Source: Candidatus Eiseniibacteriota bacterium
GTDB lineage: Bacteria > Eisenbacteria > RBG-16-71-46 > JABDJR01
Direction: 5' to 3'
DNA: 64,000 nt
NCBI GenBank assembly: GCA_963783375.1
Contig: CAWANH010000001.1
Location: 1 to 64,000 of the forward strand
Numbering within the stretch: position 1 is the first letter of the stretch; every line of letters begins with the position of its first letter. The notes under the pieces are model-generated. The model worked only from the letters and a program-made list of their open reading frames with translations, did not search any database and was not told the origin of the DNA. The translations under genes and the position numbers were made by a program. Positions 9,071-18,264 of this stretch are shown here, in pieces.

Positions 9071-9100
9071 TGTCCCCGCCTTGCTGTCTACATGCCCTTT
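9071..9100 (+). promoter_or_regulatory. Putative element-sigma promoter, copy 3 (TGTCCCC-N17-CCCTTT)
   Basis: TGTCCCC gccttgctgtctacatg CCCTTT cccctttgg, ~80 nt upstream of the integrase start; similarity to copy 1 extends past both boxes. Confidence 0.6.
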
Positions 9101-9181
9101 CCCCTTTGGAGCAAGCACAACAGTGCCCTGCCCCGGTTCTCCTTGATGTTCCTGGGGACCCGAGGTAGGAATCGAGAGGGG

Positions 9182-10826
9182 ATGAACACGCGTAACATGC
9201 GTACCGACAGAGTGTTACCCAGATCGCAGTCCGCGACCCGCGCGGTGGGAGCCGAGAGCCTCAATCTGGCCGGCTCCCCTGCACCCGCGCTTCCCGCCGC
9301 CGCCCCCGTCCGCGCCGCCCTCTACGTCCGGGTCAGCACCCAGGCCCAGGCCGAACGGTGGTCCCTCCCCGCTCAGCGCCAGATTCTCCAGAATCTTGCC
9401 GAGACGCCGGGGATGGGACGGCATCCTCTACGACGAGGGTGGGGTGAGCGCAGAGACCATCTCGGCCCGGCCCGTCATGCAGCGGCTCCTCGCCGACGTC
9501 GCCGCCGGCCGGATCGACATGGTCGCCGTCGTGGAGATGGAACGGCTTTGCCGGGCTTCCGATCTCCGCGACTGGGCCACGATCACCACGACGTTCCGGG
9601 AAGCCGGGGCCCTGGTCTCCACCCCCGAGCGCACCTTCAACCTCGAGACCGCCGAGGACGACTTCGAGGCCGACCTCCGGGGCATCCTCTCCAAGCGCGA
9701 GAAACGGAAGCTCCTGGAGCGCACCAAGCGAGGCATCGACCAGGCCAAGGACGCGGGGCGCTACGCCGGGGGCACGCCCCCGACCGGGTACCGCTACGAT
9801 CCGGTCGCCCGGAAGATCGTCGTCGATCCCGAGAAGGCGGAACTCGTCCATAGGGTCTTCAAATCCCGGCTCTCGGCGTGGCAGATGCACCGGGAGCTGG
9901 CCCGGGAAGGCGTGAGTCTCAGCTACGAGACGATCCGGCGCATGCGGGCGAACCCGGCCTACCTGGGACTGCGGGCAAACTGCGAGGGCGAGCTGGTTGA
10001 AGCCGACTGGCCGGCCTTGATCGACGAGGCGCTCTGGGAGGCCCAGGGACGGCGATCGCCGAGGCCATCCCGCCGAAGCCCGGGTCGAAGCGGCCCTGCC
10101 TACCTCCTGACCGGGATGATCCGGTGCAAGAACTGCGGAGGGCCCGTGGTCGGCACCCCGGTCCGTCCGGCCAAGGACGGCACCCGGCTCTACGCCTACA
10201 AGTGCCTCCACCCGAGGAAGTGCCCCGGAAACGGGGGCCAGATGAGCGGCCGCCTCGTGGACCGCATCGTCACCGACGCCCTGGTCGAGTACGTGAAGGA
10301 CCCGGAGGTTCTGAAGGAGCGGTACGCCAAGGCGCTGGCGGCTTCCGCCGACCCCAACCGAGCCGGGCACCGGAAAGGACTCCAGGACCAACTGGCAGAA
10401 CTTGACGCCCGGCAGGGCCGGCTTCTCGAAGCGGTCGAACAAGGGGTGCTACCCGCCAAGGCGGTCCGGACCCGGCAGCGGGAGATCGAGGACACCCGCA
10501 GGGCCACCCTCGCCGACCTGGAAGCCCTCGACGCCGCCACCGTCATCCCGTCGGTGCCGGAGTTGCAGACACTGCTCGACCTGGCCCAGGACCTGGACCC
10601 GGAGGATACGGCCCAGCGGCGGGAGCTGCTTCAGAGGCTTTCCACCGGGGTCCTCTTCGCCCCCCAGGGACGGACGCTGGCGCTGGCGTGGCGGTTCGGG
10701 GGGGAAACCCAGTGCCGGGTGCCAAGGCTCACGGCTGGGCCGGGGGACAAACTTCCGCATACACTGTCCATGCCTTCTACCGCAGATCTATCCTGCCCTG
10801 ATCCTTCCAAGAAGCGATGCCTCTAG
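9182..10826 (+). CDS. Large serine recombinase / integrase (frameshift near 9404)
   Basis: RAALYVRVST (catalytic Ser) in one frame. After one extra base: YDEGGVSA, RPVMQRLL, VEMERLCR, GGTPPTGY, recombinase domain, LLTGMIRCKNCG...YKC Zn ribbon and a coiled coil. Confidence 0.92.
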
Positions 10827-10840
10827 ACGTTCTGAGCAAT

Positions 10841-11425
10841 TCAATCATTCAAGTCAAGGAGATAGGACAAGCCGCCGACCACACCCCCAGGGTCCGTCTG
10901 CGCTCCAATTTGTACTGCCCATGTGCGACCGCCGCGAATCCAAATCCCCCCAAGAGCATATACAATTGTCTTTCCTTCAGCATCGAGTTTGACCCAGTAG
11001 TGACCGTTGCCCGCCAGAATTTGCATGGGGTCATTCAACTCAACGTACGGCTGTGAGTACCCGCCGCCCAAACCGCCAAACACAGCAAAGCCAGAACCGA
11101 GCTTCTTCGTCACCCCACCGTTAACTGAATACACCTCGTCCCTCTCCCCGATCCTCGGATCGCTGAACAGATCTGGTGCAAAATCATACTTGTTCTCCTT
11201 AGGGATCTGAATGCTCATCTCAAGACCAAAAAACATTCCAACCGATGATCGATTGATCGTCATTGCTGTAAGCCCAATCGGTTGTTTTGGGATTGCACCA
11301 AGGTATCCAACGGAAATCGTCCTCCATACTCCTGGCTCACCCTGCGCAGCGCAGATTCCGCTTCTCACCAGGCACGACACGAGCATCAGCGTTCCAACTG
11401 CAATTGACATTGCTCTACGAGCCAT
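10841..11425 (-). CDS. Secreted small outer-membrane beta-barrel-like protein
   Basis: Signal peptide MARRAMSIAVGTLMLVSCL; alternating Gly/aromatic beta-strands (YSVNGGVTKKLGSGFAVFGGLGGGY...VVGGLSYLL); lower GC than the core genes. Confidence 0.55.
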   Translation of the reverse strand: MARRAMSIAVGTLMLVSCLVRSGICAAQGEPGVWRTISVGYLGAIPKQPIGLTAMTINRSSVGMFFGLEMSIQIPKENKYDFAPDLFSDPRIGERDEVYSVNGGVTKKLGSGFAVFGGLGGGYSQPYVELNDPMQILAGNGHYWVKLDAEGKTIVYALGGIWIRGGRTWAVQIGAQTDPGGVVGGLSYLLDLND

Positions 11426-11573
11426 TCCAACACTCCTCCGCGACGGGCCTTCTTCGGCACAGTGAAAGGAACTTCCCTCCCGCCCCAAGAAGCCTCCTGG
11501 GAGACCAAGCACTTGTCCCCAGGAACAACAGTCTCGCGGCAACCGCCGCTTCTCCGGATTCGCCTTTGGAGCT

Positions 11574-11918
11574 CTACCTGTCATATTCCTTGCCACCGGT
11601 CGACAGTAAGTACATTGGCCGTGAATATCTGAAACGGACAATTTCTCTGCTCCGTATCGGTTCGGCCAGTGTACTGAGCATCATGCCCCTCGTGAGCAGG
11701 GATAGCTGTGCCCCCGATTCAACGACGAGCCCGTCTGCAGATGCAACAAATGGCACGTTAAGCCCGTTTCGCCAATATACAATGGTCGCGCCGTCAGGGA
11801 TTGCCCCGATAGGCTGGATTACAAATATACCCAGGAACAGGCGGACAAATAGAGCCGCGCAACCAATGCCAATCAGCATTGCAATCAACGCACCCCGCTT
11901 CTTAGTCAAATCGCACAC
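11574..11918 (-). CDS. Hypothetical membrane-anchored protein
   Basis: GGAGG RBS; N-terminal TM helix, then GIFVIQPIGAIPDGATIVYWR...YLLSTGGKEY. Confidence 0.6.
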   Translation of the reverse strand: MCDLTKKRGALIAMLIGIGCAALFVRLFLGIFVIQPIGAIPDGATIVYWRNGLNVPFVASADGLVVESGAQLSLLTRGMMLSTLAEPIRSREIVRFRYSRPMYLLSTGGKEYDR

Positions 11919-11980
11919 CCTCCGGCTGACACTGCTATACCGCCTTCCCAGCCAATTGCGACCTAAGATCCGCCTTCGCG

Positions 11981-12550
11981 CTAATCCTCACCAAGGTCTC
12001 CGATGTCCATTCTAACCCCCGGACCGGATATCACCGGCCGATTAAGTAATCCGCCTGCCGTAAGCTTCTTCAGATCGTCTGAGACAACTCCTAAGAAGCG
12101 CCTTGCGTCATGGATTGTACGGATGGGCCACTCTTGCGGTAGCCCAAGCTCCCGATGCCACATTGGTCGGCTCACGAAGAAGGTGTAATGCAACAGTGAG
12201 TTGATTCGGGCATGATGTCGCACTATGCCTTTAGTGAATGGCACATACTCCATTTGGAAGATGGCTCGCTTACGATCGCCGAACCGCATCAACAGGGGCT
12301 GATCAGCAAGCCGTTGCACCTTCATCAAGTGACTAAAGAGCTGCGACGCCTTATATGTCTTGACACCAGTCGGAAGTGTCTTGCCTCGTTGTTGGTAGGC
12401 CGCCCGCAAATACTCATAAGCACGCGCTTCGACCGCCAGTCGAAATTCGAGTGCGGCATGGAAGAGGGCGGGCTCTTCACCATCGTCATAACGTGTCAGG
12501 TAGTCTGATCCCCGGGAAACAAACTCTGCCGAATACAGAACTAGCTCTTC
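11981..12550 (-). CDS. Hypothetical all-helical protein, HEPN-like (start uncertain; possible frameshift near 12512)
   Basis: The frame stays open upstream of the TTG used in the ORF track: DYLTRYDDGEEPALFHAALEFRLAVEARAYEYL; later RINSLLH (Rx5H). Confidence 0.45.
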   Translation of the reverse strand, partial: EELVLYSAEFVSRGSDYLTRYDDGEEPALFHAALEFRLAVEARAYEYLRAAYQQRGKTLPTGVKTYKASQLFSHLMKVQRLADQPLLMRFGDRKRAIFQMEYVPFTKGIVRHHARINSLLHYTFFVSRPMWHRELGLPQEWPIRTIHDARRFLGVVSDDLKKLTAGGLLNRPVISGPGVRMDIGDLGED

Positions 12551-12658
12551 CGCTACGTGTGTGACCTCCCGACCTGCAGGTTAAGCGGGGGATTCCGGAG
12601 TCTACCCGGTGCAGGGTACCATAGCTACCCCGTAGCGCCCAACCGCTGACATCGTGCT

Positions 12659-13417
12659 ATGCTACCGGACATGGTGAGGGAGCACGCTCCCTACCGCAGA
12701 CCACCGAGGTTTGGATTGGAGTCCATGTTGTCGGGCCGGACGAGGCTACTCTCTCTGATAGCGGTCGCATCGTTCTTTGGAGCGGGGTGCGCGGGATCGA
12801 GCAGAGGGAGGCCTTCGTTTCCTCTTTTCTCTGGGACCCCACCCAGAGTTCACGCCGTAATTGCCGTCGTTGATTCGCTTGACGGAAGGGCATTTGGGTC
12901 CGCCCGGGTGTTGAGTACCTTCTACGGCAAGCCGGTGACCCGGATTAGTTTCTGCTTGAACGAGGGGCTTGGTGGCTGCGGTTTGCTTTGGGATGTCGTG
13001 AGCCTGCGCGTCGGTTTCGAGCACTATACTCGACAGGGCAAGCGATGGTTCGCCTTCGGCGATACGATCATCGCCATAGTAGCTGACCCGGAATCGGGGC
13101 GGCCGTGTTCGGAGCTTGGATTTGTGCGGTGGTTCCGATGGACAAATGACCGCGTTGCCCGGTCGCTCTTCTACGTCAGAGCCTTCGATCCGCGACCCCT
13201 CGGCACCCTTTGCGATGAGAACCCCCTAGCGTCTTGGGAGGCGCGCTACGCTGCGATCTTGCGTGTGTGGGCGCCAGATGGCCGGACGTATCCCGAGCTT
13301 CGGGCACAGATCGTGGACTTCTACCTGCACCGCTGGCGGGAGTCATGGCTGCAGCGCGGGTACCCCAATCCCTGGGCTCCGAAGCGGCCGATCCCCACGG
13401 GGGAAACAGAACAATGA
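12659..13417 (+). CDS. Hypothetical exported protein / lipoprotein
   Basis: 252-aa ORF with a signal/lipobox-like segment RTRLLSLIAVASFFGAGC; no family recognised. Confidence 0.45.
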   Translation: MLPDMVREHAPYRRPPRFGLESMLSGRTRLLSLIAVASFFGAGCAGSSRGRPSFPLFSGTPPRVHAVIAVVDSLDGRAFGSARVLSTFYGKPVTRISFCLNEGLGGCGLLWDVVSLRVGFEHYTRQGKRWFAFGDTIIAIVADPESGRPCSELGFVRWFRWTNDRVARSLFYVRAFDPRPLGTLCDENPLASWEARYAAILRVWAPDGRTYPELRAQIVDFYLHRWRESWLQRGYPNPWAPKRPIPTGETEQ

Positions 13418-13573
13418 GCAGGGGCATCGAGTGATCGTCTGGGAACGACTTCCGGCCGGCAACCGGGGCTGCTGGCCAGCATGTCTCCAATACTTAAGGC
13501 TGAAAACACCTCGTAGCTTTTGTCAGAACATCTTTCTCTCGGACGGAATCCCAAGCCTTCCCTTCATACCTAG

Positions 13574-13754
13574 TCAAGTGCACCCGATCTTCGTCGCGAT
13601 CGACCGGATCGCCGCCCACTCGGAGTCGTACTCCCCGAGGTGGTCAAAAACCATCCGGACCGCCCGCTCCCGGACCTCTGGCGAGAACTTGTTTGGTCTT
13701 CCCATGACCCCATCCTCTCAAATAATGGAGCCTCCGGGAGTCCCGGGCGGTTCA
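13574..13754 (-). mobile_element. IS3-family (IS51/IS629-like) left-end remnant with truncated OrfA
   Basis: Terminal TGAACCGCCC at 13754; ATG 13705 gives [43 protein letters not shown], then a stop. Confidence 0.85.
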
Positions 13755-13765
13755 AGCCCCTTGCA

Positions 13766-14440
13766 TCATGGGTCCTGACCGAGTCGGAGTATCCCCTCAA
13801 CAATCTCTAGACGCTCCGAACGCGTCCTTGCAGCCAAGTAAGAGGCCAGCTTGTACCACAGCTCCGTGTTCTCCCCGGCGCTCAGGCTCTCACCCACAGC
13901 CTTACCCTGAGCAGCGATCTGACTCTGGCTTCTCGGAAAGAGACCCCGGGTGTCTTGAAGATTTGCCACGGCGGACCCCAGGGATTCCACATCAAGAAGC
14001 CACTTGAAAGCCTCTACCGTGTGGTAGCTTTCAATCCAGTTTTCGATGTCGTATTTGTTTCTTCCTCGCTCTTGGCCCGGCAGCGACCTTAGCCACGAGC
14101 AAACATTCTGCACTCCGAAGTCTAAGGAATCGGGGGAGGTAGTGGCTGTGAGCTGATCCGGATCCATGGTACGCCAGCCCTGTCCCAGAATCCGATTCGC
14201 CAGAGGGCTCATCTCGTCGAACAATACCCCGGCCGCCACAAGAACAAGGACCTGATCACCTTCAACCTGTCTCGGCCTCAGCAAGCCGTGACAGTCCTCG
14301 CTCACTTGCCGGCCAGGTGCAGCCGACCCCAGGAGACAAACCGCACAACTTATGAGTAACACTGATCGTATGGATCTACCCAGAGTAGTTGCACATACAA
14401 GCGACGTGAAGATCATCACCTGTCCCTCCCGGAAGTCCAT
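13766..14440 (-). CDS. Hypothetical exported protein
   Basis: 224-aa ORF with a hydrophobic signal-like N-terminus; ends 12 nt from the IS3 end. Confidence 0.45.
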   Translation of the reverse strand: MDFREGQVMIFTSLVCATTLGRSIRSVLLISCAVCLLGSAAPGRQVSEDCHGLLRPRQVEGDQVLVLVAAGVLFDEMSPLANRILGQGWRTMDPDQLTATTSPDSLDFGVQNVCSWLRSLPGQERGRNKYDIENWIESYHTVEAFKWLLDVESLGSAVANLQDTRGLFPRSQSQIAAQGKAVGESLSAGENTELWYKLASYLAARTRSERLEIVEGILRLGQDP

Positions 14441-14685
14441 CCGACAGTCCCCCGCGAATACCGCTAGACATCACCCATCTGACCTTCAGACTCCTGCACG
14501 AACCGGTTAGTCCAAAGGCCCCATCCAGCACCCCGCAGCACGATTTTCTATTGTGCAGTTGTTGCTCGCAACCCCCCTGGGTTGTGGGAGGGGTGCGGAC
14601 GGGCGGGGCGTTCATTCCCGCTCCCGCCTCCCAACCTGCCCCCACGAACTCCCCTTACTTTTTATGTTTCAGGTTGTTACAGGAT

Positions 14686-14975
14686 TGTAAACGGCGGTCG
14701 GAAAGTGCGGCGGGCGGCAGGGCGGTTGAAACGTGCGGCACCCCTTGCCGGCCCAGGGAAGAGGACCAAACTCCTCGGCATTCACGATGCGTCGGGTGGG
14801 AGCCGTCTTCCCGGGAGGCCGGAAGGCGTACCCAGACACGGAGCAATGGGCTGAGATCCGTCGCCGGGTGCTGCAGGAGGGGGTGAGCAAGCGCCAGATC
14901 CTACCGGAGATCGGGATGCACTTGAGGACGCTGGAGAAGATCCTGAGCCACAGCGCCCCGCTGGGGTACCGGGCG
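14686..14975 (+). mobile_element. IS21-family left-end remnant with IstA N-terminal fragment
   Basis: TGTAAACGGCGGTCGGAAAGTGCGGC...GGCGGTTGAAACGTGCGGCAC (terminal TG plus tandem internal repeats), then YPDTEQWAEIRRRVLQEGVSKRQILPEIGMHLRTLEKILSHSAPLGYR (IstA-type HTH). Confidence 0.8.
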
Positions 14976-15018
14976 CCGGGGCGGGGGGCGCCGTCGGGAG
15001 TGCTGAGGTCAGGAGCGG

Positions 15019-15435
15019 CCATTTCACCTTCGGGAGCCCCTCGCGGTACCACTCCTTGATCCCGTGCCCGGAGTTGACGAAGCGGTCGAACCCGGCATCG
15101 ACGAGCAGCTTGCCGGCGACGGTGCTGCGATTGCCGCTGGCGCAATAGACGAACACGGGGTCCTGCTTGTGGGCAGCCAGCTCGTCGAGGCGCCGCTGCA
15201 TCTGCTGCACCGGGATCGGGACCGCGCCCTCGATATGCCCGGAGGCGTACTCCGGAGGGGTGCGCACGTCCAGGATGAACGAGTGGACGTTGGCGATCAT
15301 CTCCGCCGCCTCGCAGGCTCCGATCTCGCGGTACTGGGCCGCGGTGTAGTTGATTGCGTCGATGGTGCCGCTAGCCGGACCGATCCGGAACGCGAACGAT
15401 CCGGTGTCCGGAACCTTGAAGTGCGCCCGGGCCAC
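15019..15435 (-). pseudogene. Rhodanese-domain gene remnant (5' truncated, stop codon lost)
   Basis: ILDVRTPPEYASGHIEGAVPIP...VFVYCASGNRS...GIKEWYREGLP; no clear RBS; reads on into the IS21 relic. Confidence 0.7.
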
Positions 15436-15660
15436 CGTTCACTCTCCGCACAATTATGCGGGAGATGGGGACGACGTGCTCTCCCAGGCGGGCGATGATC
15501 GCACGGGGGGATGTAACGCCGTGCCGTCAGGGATGAGGTTGTCCGACGGACTCGGGGGTCCGGCTTCCGGCCTCTGTCCAAAGAAGCGGTGGGGGGAATG
15601 CTCCCCCCACCGCGCGTATCGATCTCGGGACCGTTGTCCCGACGGTCTGGCCGGATTCCC

Positions 15661-16683
15661 CTACGGAGTCGAGCCGCTGGTCGTCGGGAAGTCGTGGGAA
15701 TCAGTCGCGTCGTTGAACGCGGCTGCCACGCGGACCGTGGCGTCCCGCGTCCAGGACATGATCCCGAACTTCATGTTCACGGCTTGGTAGCCCATCATGC
15801 GCAGGGCCGTGGTCGCGACCGCACCGGTGTGGCCCGTGTAGCAGTAGACGACGATCGTCTTGTCCGTGGGCAGCTTCTCCAGGTTGTCGATCTTGGCGAT
15901 CTCCTTCCAGGGGATGTTGTAGGCCCCGGGGACATGTCCCAGATCGTAGTGGGCAGCCGAGCGCACACTGAGAACGAAGTAGTCGTTGGCATCGTTGCCG
16001 TCGTTGAGGTTGTCGAAGACGGCCTGAGCGGTGATGGTGGCCCCGACGCTCGTATCCGAGACGTACGCATCAGCCGCAGCCCGCAGGATCTCTTCCGCGT
16101 CCCTGGACGTGGTCACGTTGAGGTCCGACAGATCGTAGGTGGTGGTCAGAGCGTTGACCGTGGTCTCCGTGGGGAAGTCGTGGGCGTCGGTAGCGTCGTC
16201 GAAGGCGGCCGCCACGCGGACCGTCGCGTCCCGAGTCCAGGCCCCGATCCCGAACTTCAGGTTGACCGCATCGTAGCCCATCGCGTTGAGACACGTGGTG
16301 GCCACGCCACCGGTGTGACCCGTGTAGCAGTAGACCACGATCTGCCGGTCGGTCGGCAACGAGCTCAACAGGGTCGCATCAGCGACCGAGCGCCAGGGGA
16401 TGTCGTGCGCACCGGGAATGTGCCCGATCGCGTAGTGTTCAGCGGAGCGAACGCTCAACACATACGGGTCGTTGGCGGTGTTTCCGTCGTTGAGGTTGTC
16501 GAACAGCGCTTGGGCGGTCGTCGTCGGGGCCATGGTGGCATCGGACAAGTACGTATCGAGCGCGGTACGCACGATATTGAACTGGTCCACGGGCGTCGGC
16601 TTGGTCGAGTCGTCGCCACCACAGGCCGACAGCATGCCGGCGAGCACCAGGCCCATCAGGACCCAGAAAGCAAGCTTCTTCAT
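15661..16683 (-). CDS. Tandem-rhodanese (sulfurtransferase) lipoprotein
   Basis: Lipobox MLSAC; two near-duplicate rhodanese domains, each with LSVRS..HY..GH.PGA and active-site loop VVYCYTGHTG; AAGGAG RBS. Confidence 0.9.
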   Translation of the reverse strand: MKKLAFWVLMGLVLAGMLSACGGDDSTKPTPVDQFNIVRTALDTYLSDATMAPTTTAQALFDNLNDGNTANDPYVLSVRSAEHYAIGHIPGAHDIPWRSVADATLLSSLPTDRQIVVYCYTGHTGGVATTCLNAMGYDAVNLKFGIGAWTRDATVRVAAAFDDATDAHDFPTETTVNALTTTYDLSDLNVTTSRDAEEILRAAADAYVSDTSVGATITAQAVFDNLNDGNDANDYFVLSVRSAAHYDLGHVPGAYNIPWKEIAKIDNLEKLPTDKTIVVYCYTGHTGAVATTALRMMGYQAVNMKFGIMSWTRDATVRVAAAFNDATDSHDFPTTSGSTP

Positions 16684-16687
16684 CACC

Positions 16688-18073
16688 CTAGTCTCCTTCC
16701 CGGCGGCCCGTGAATAGGCCCGCGTTCTCGGGTAACTGGCGGACAAAAACGCCGTCGTTCGCCTGGATCTCCTCTTCGAACATCAGCCCTTCCTGAATGA
16801 GCGAATCAGCGTATTCCGGAGTCAGGAACAACTCGCGGTGGCCGTGACACGCGTCGCAGGAAGCGTTTTGGGGCGTGTGCTTTTGTATGTTGTGCGGCGT
16901 GGCGTACTGCCAGGTGGGGGACGCCGCATACTGGGGCAAGCTGATTCCCCAGTCGGCAAACGTGTTGGGAGCGACGGGGACGTGCCGCACGACCACATAG
17001 CTCCACGGCCGGTCCGCATTCGGTTCCGGATTGAGTCCGATCCGGAAATCCATCCGCGACGGGAACTGGATGCCCTGCGAATCCAGACCTACATGACAGC
17101 TATAGCAGGTCTTGTACTTCACCGAGTGACAGACCTGGCAGGCCACCGTCGACGCGTGCAGCTCGTGCTGGGTGTTGGCCATGTCGGTCATGACGCCCGG
17201 ATGGCAATCCGTGCACTGCGGAGCCCCCGGCGCGTCGTACCGCGTCGCGGGAGTGGTGCCGTCACCGTGCAACTCGTTGCCGGAGTGGCAGGCTAAGCAT
17301 GTCTTGCCCTTGAGATAGTGAGCGTCCGGAGGAATCCCCGCGTTGTGCCCGCGGTATTCGTCGCCCACCCGGCTCCCATGACATGCCGTGCAATTGTCGA
17401 CCATCGAAGGCGCACGCAGGATGGCGTGGTTGTTGACGAGCCCTCCCTCCACGGCGACGGGCCGGCTGATGTGGCACTGGCCGCAGGAGGTGTGGCAGCT
17501 CGCACAACGGCTGTCGAACATCGCCTGCAGCTGGGCCGAAGGCTGGGCCATTCCCGTTCGCGCCGCGAAATCGGTGAAGTACCCGTTCTGCGTACCGTGG
17601 AGACTGGCCGCATGGTTGGTGACGATGCCCTGGTGACAGGTGCGACACGCAGGAGAGTCTCCTGCCGAGGGGTCAACGATCATCCCGGTGTGAGCTTCTT
17701 CCTTGGTGTGCTCTCCGCTCTGGCCTTCGTGGCAGCTCGTGCAGGAGAAGGCGCCGTGCGTGCTGGCGAGGAATACGCTCGAGACCTGGTACTTTTGCCA
17801 TACCTCCAACTGAGGTACTTCCCCGCCTCACCCCTCTCCCGAACTCTCGGGGACCGTAGCCGTGTCTGGCTCGGCGGTGGCGATGAGCATATCCTTGTCG
17901 CTGTGGCACCCTTCACAGTTGGCCACCAGCCCGTCGCCGTGCGGACGCAGACCACCGTCGTTGTCCTTCGCGCACCCGGCGAAGAGGGCAAGGACCGCGA
18001 CCAGGACCACCAGCAAAGGGAAAATCACCCCCACCGTGCGCCGGCGTTTATCACTGCTCGGTTGCAGCCGCAT
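16688..18073 (-). CDS. 11-heme c-type cytochrome lipoprotein, probable selenoprotein (UGA = Sec at codon 82)
   Basis: AAAGGAGG RBS, ATG 18073, lipobox LFAGC, one CxxCH, then PESSGEG-TGA(17830-17828)-GGEVPQLEVWQKY, in frame with ORF 16688..17809 carrying 10 more CxxCH. SECIS-like hairpin directly 3' of the UGA. Joined product 461 aa. Confidence 0.85.
17800..17818 (-). promoter_or_regulatory. Putative bacterial SECIS element
   Basis: GUACCUC-AGUUG-GAGGUAU, a 7-bp stem starting 9 nt after the UGA; the apical loop is 16 nt from the UGA with G as its second base, as in the bacterial SECIS consensus. Confidence 0.75.
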
Positions 18074-18234
18074 GGCTCCCCTCCTTTGAAGGAGTAGACC
18101 CCGCCATGGATGGAGGCGGACAATCCGGCGGCTCCACCCGACCGGGAGCCGTACCTTCCACGCCTCCCGGTGCGGGAACGGAAATCGAAAGAGACCGTTC
18201 CGTTCATCGAACCGGTCGATCTCCACCTTTCGCT

Positions 18235-18264
18235 ACTATCCTTTGATGCTTCAAGACCGGTCAA
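18235..18264 (-). promoter_or_regulatory. Putative sigma-70 promoter for the selenocytochrome-rhodanese genes
   Basis: TTGACC-N18-GATAGT in an AT-richer intergenic stretch; palindrome TTGA-AGCA-TCAA in the spacer. Confidence 0.5.

Larger units (their letters stand above)
1..10826. mobile_element. Integrated prophage-like element (one end; continues beyond position 1)
   Basis: Large serine recombinase at the right end, then regulator, sigma-like factor, replication initiator + DnaC-like loader, DNA methylase, ParB-like and TerS-like genes, mostly co-oriented with ATGA-type overlaps. att sites not identified. Confidence 0.8.

Noticed and set aside
9395-9415. Programmed frameshift in the serine integrase
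   Set aside because: There is no slippery heptamer, and similar single-base indels affect many neighbouring genes, so error or decay is simpler.
10826-14686. Integron cassette array
   Set aside because: No IntI tyrosine recombinase and no recognisable repeated attC (RYYYAAC...GTTRRRY) structures; genes are in mixed orientation.
15436-15445. Second Sec-type UGA just upstream of the rhodanese remnant
   Set aside because: No plausible upstream coding frame or SECIS-like hairpin; the gene looks 5'-truncated and degraded.
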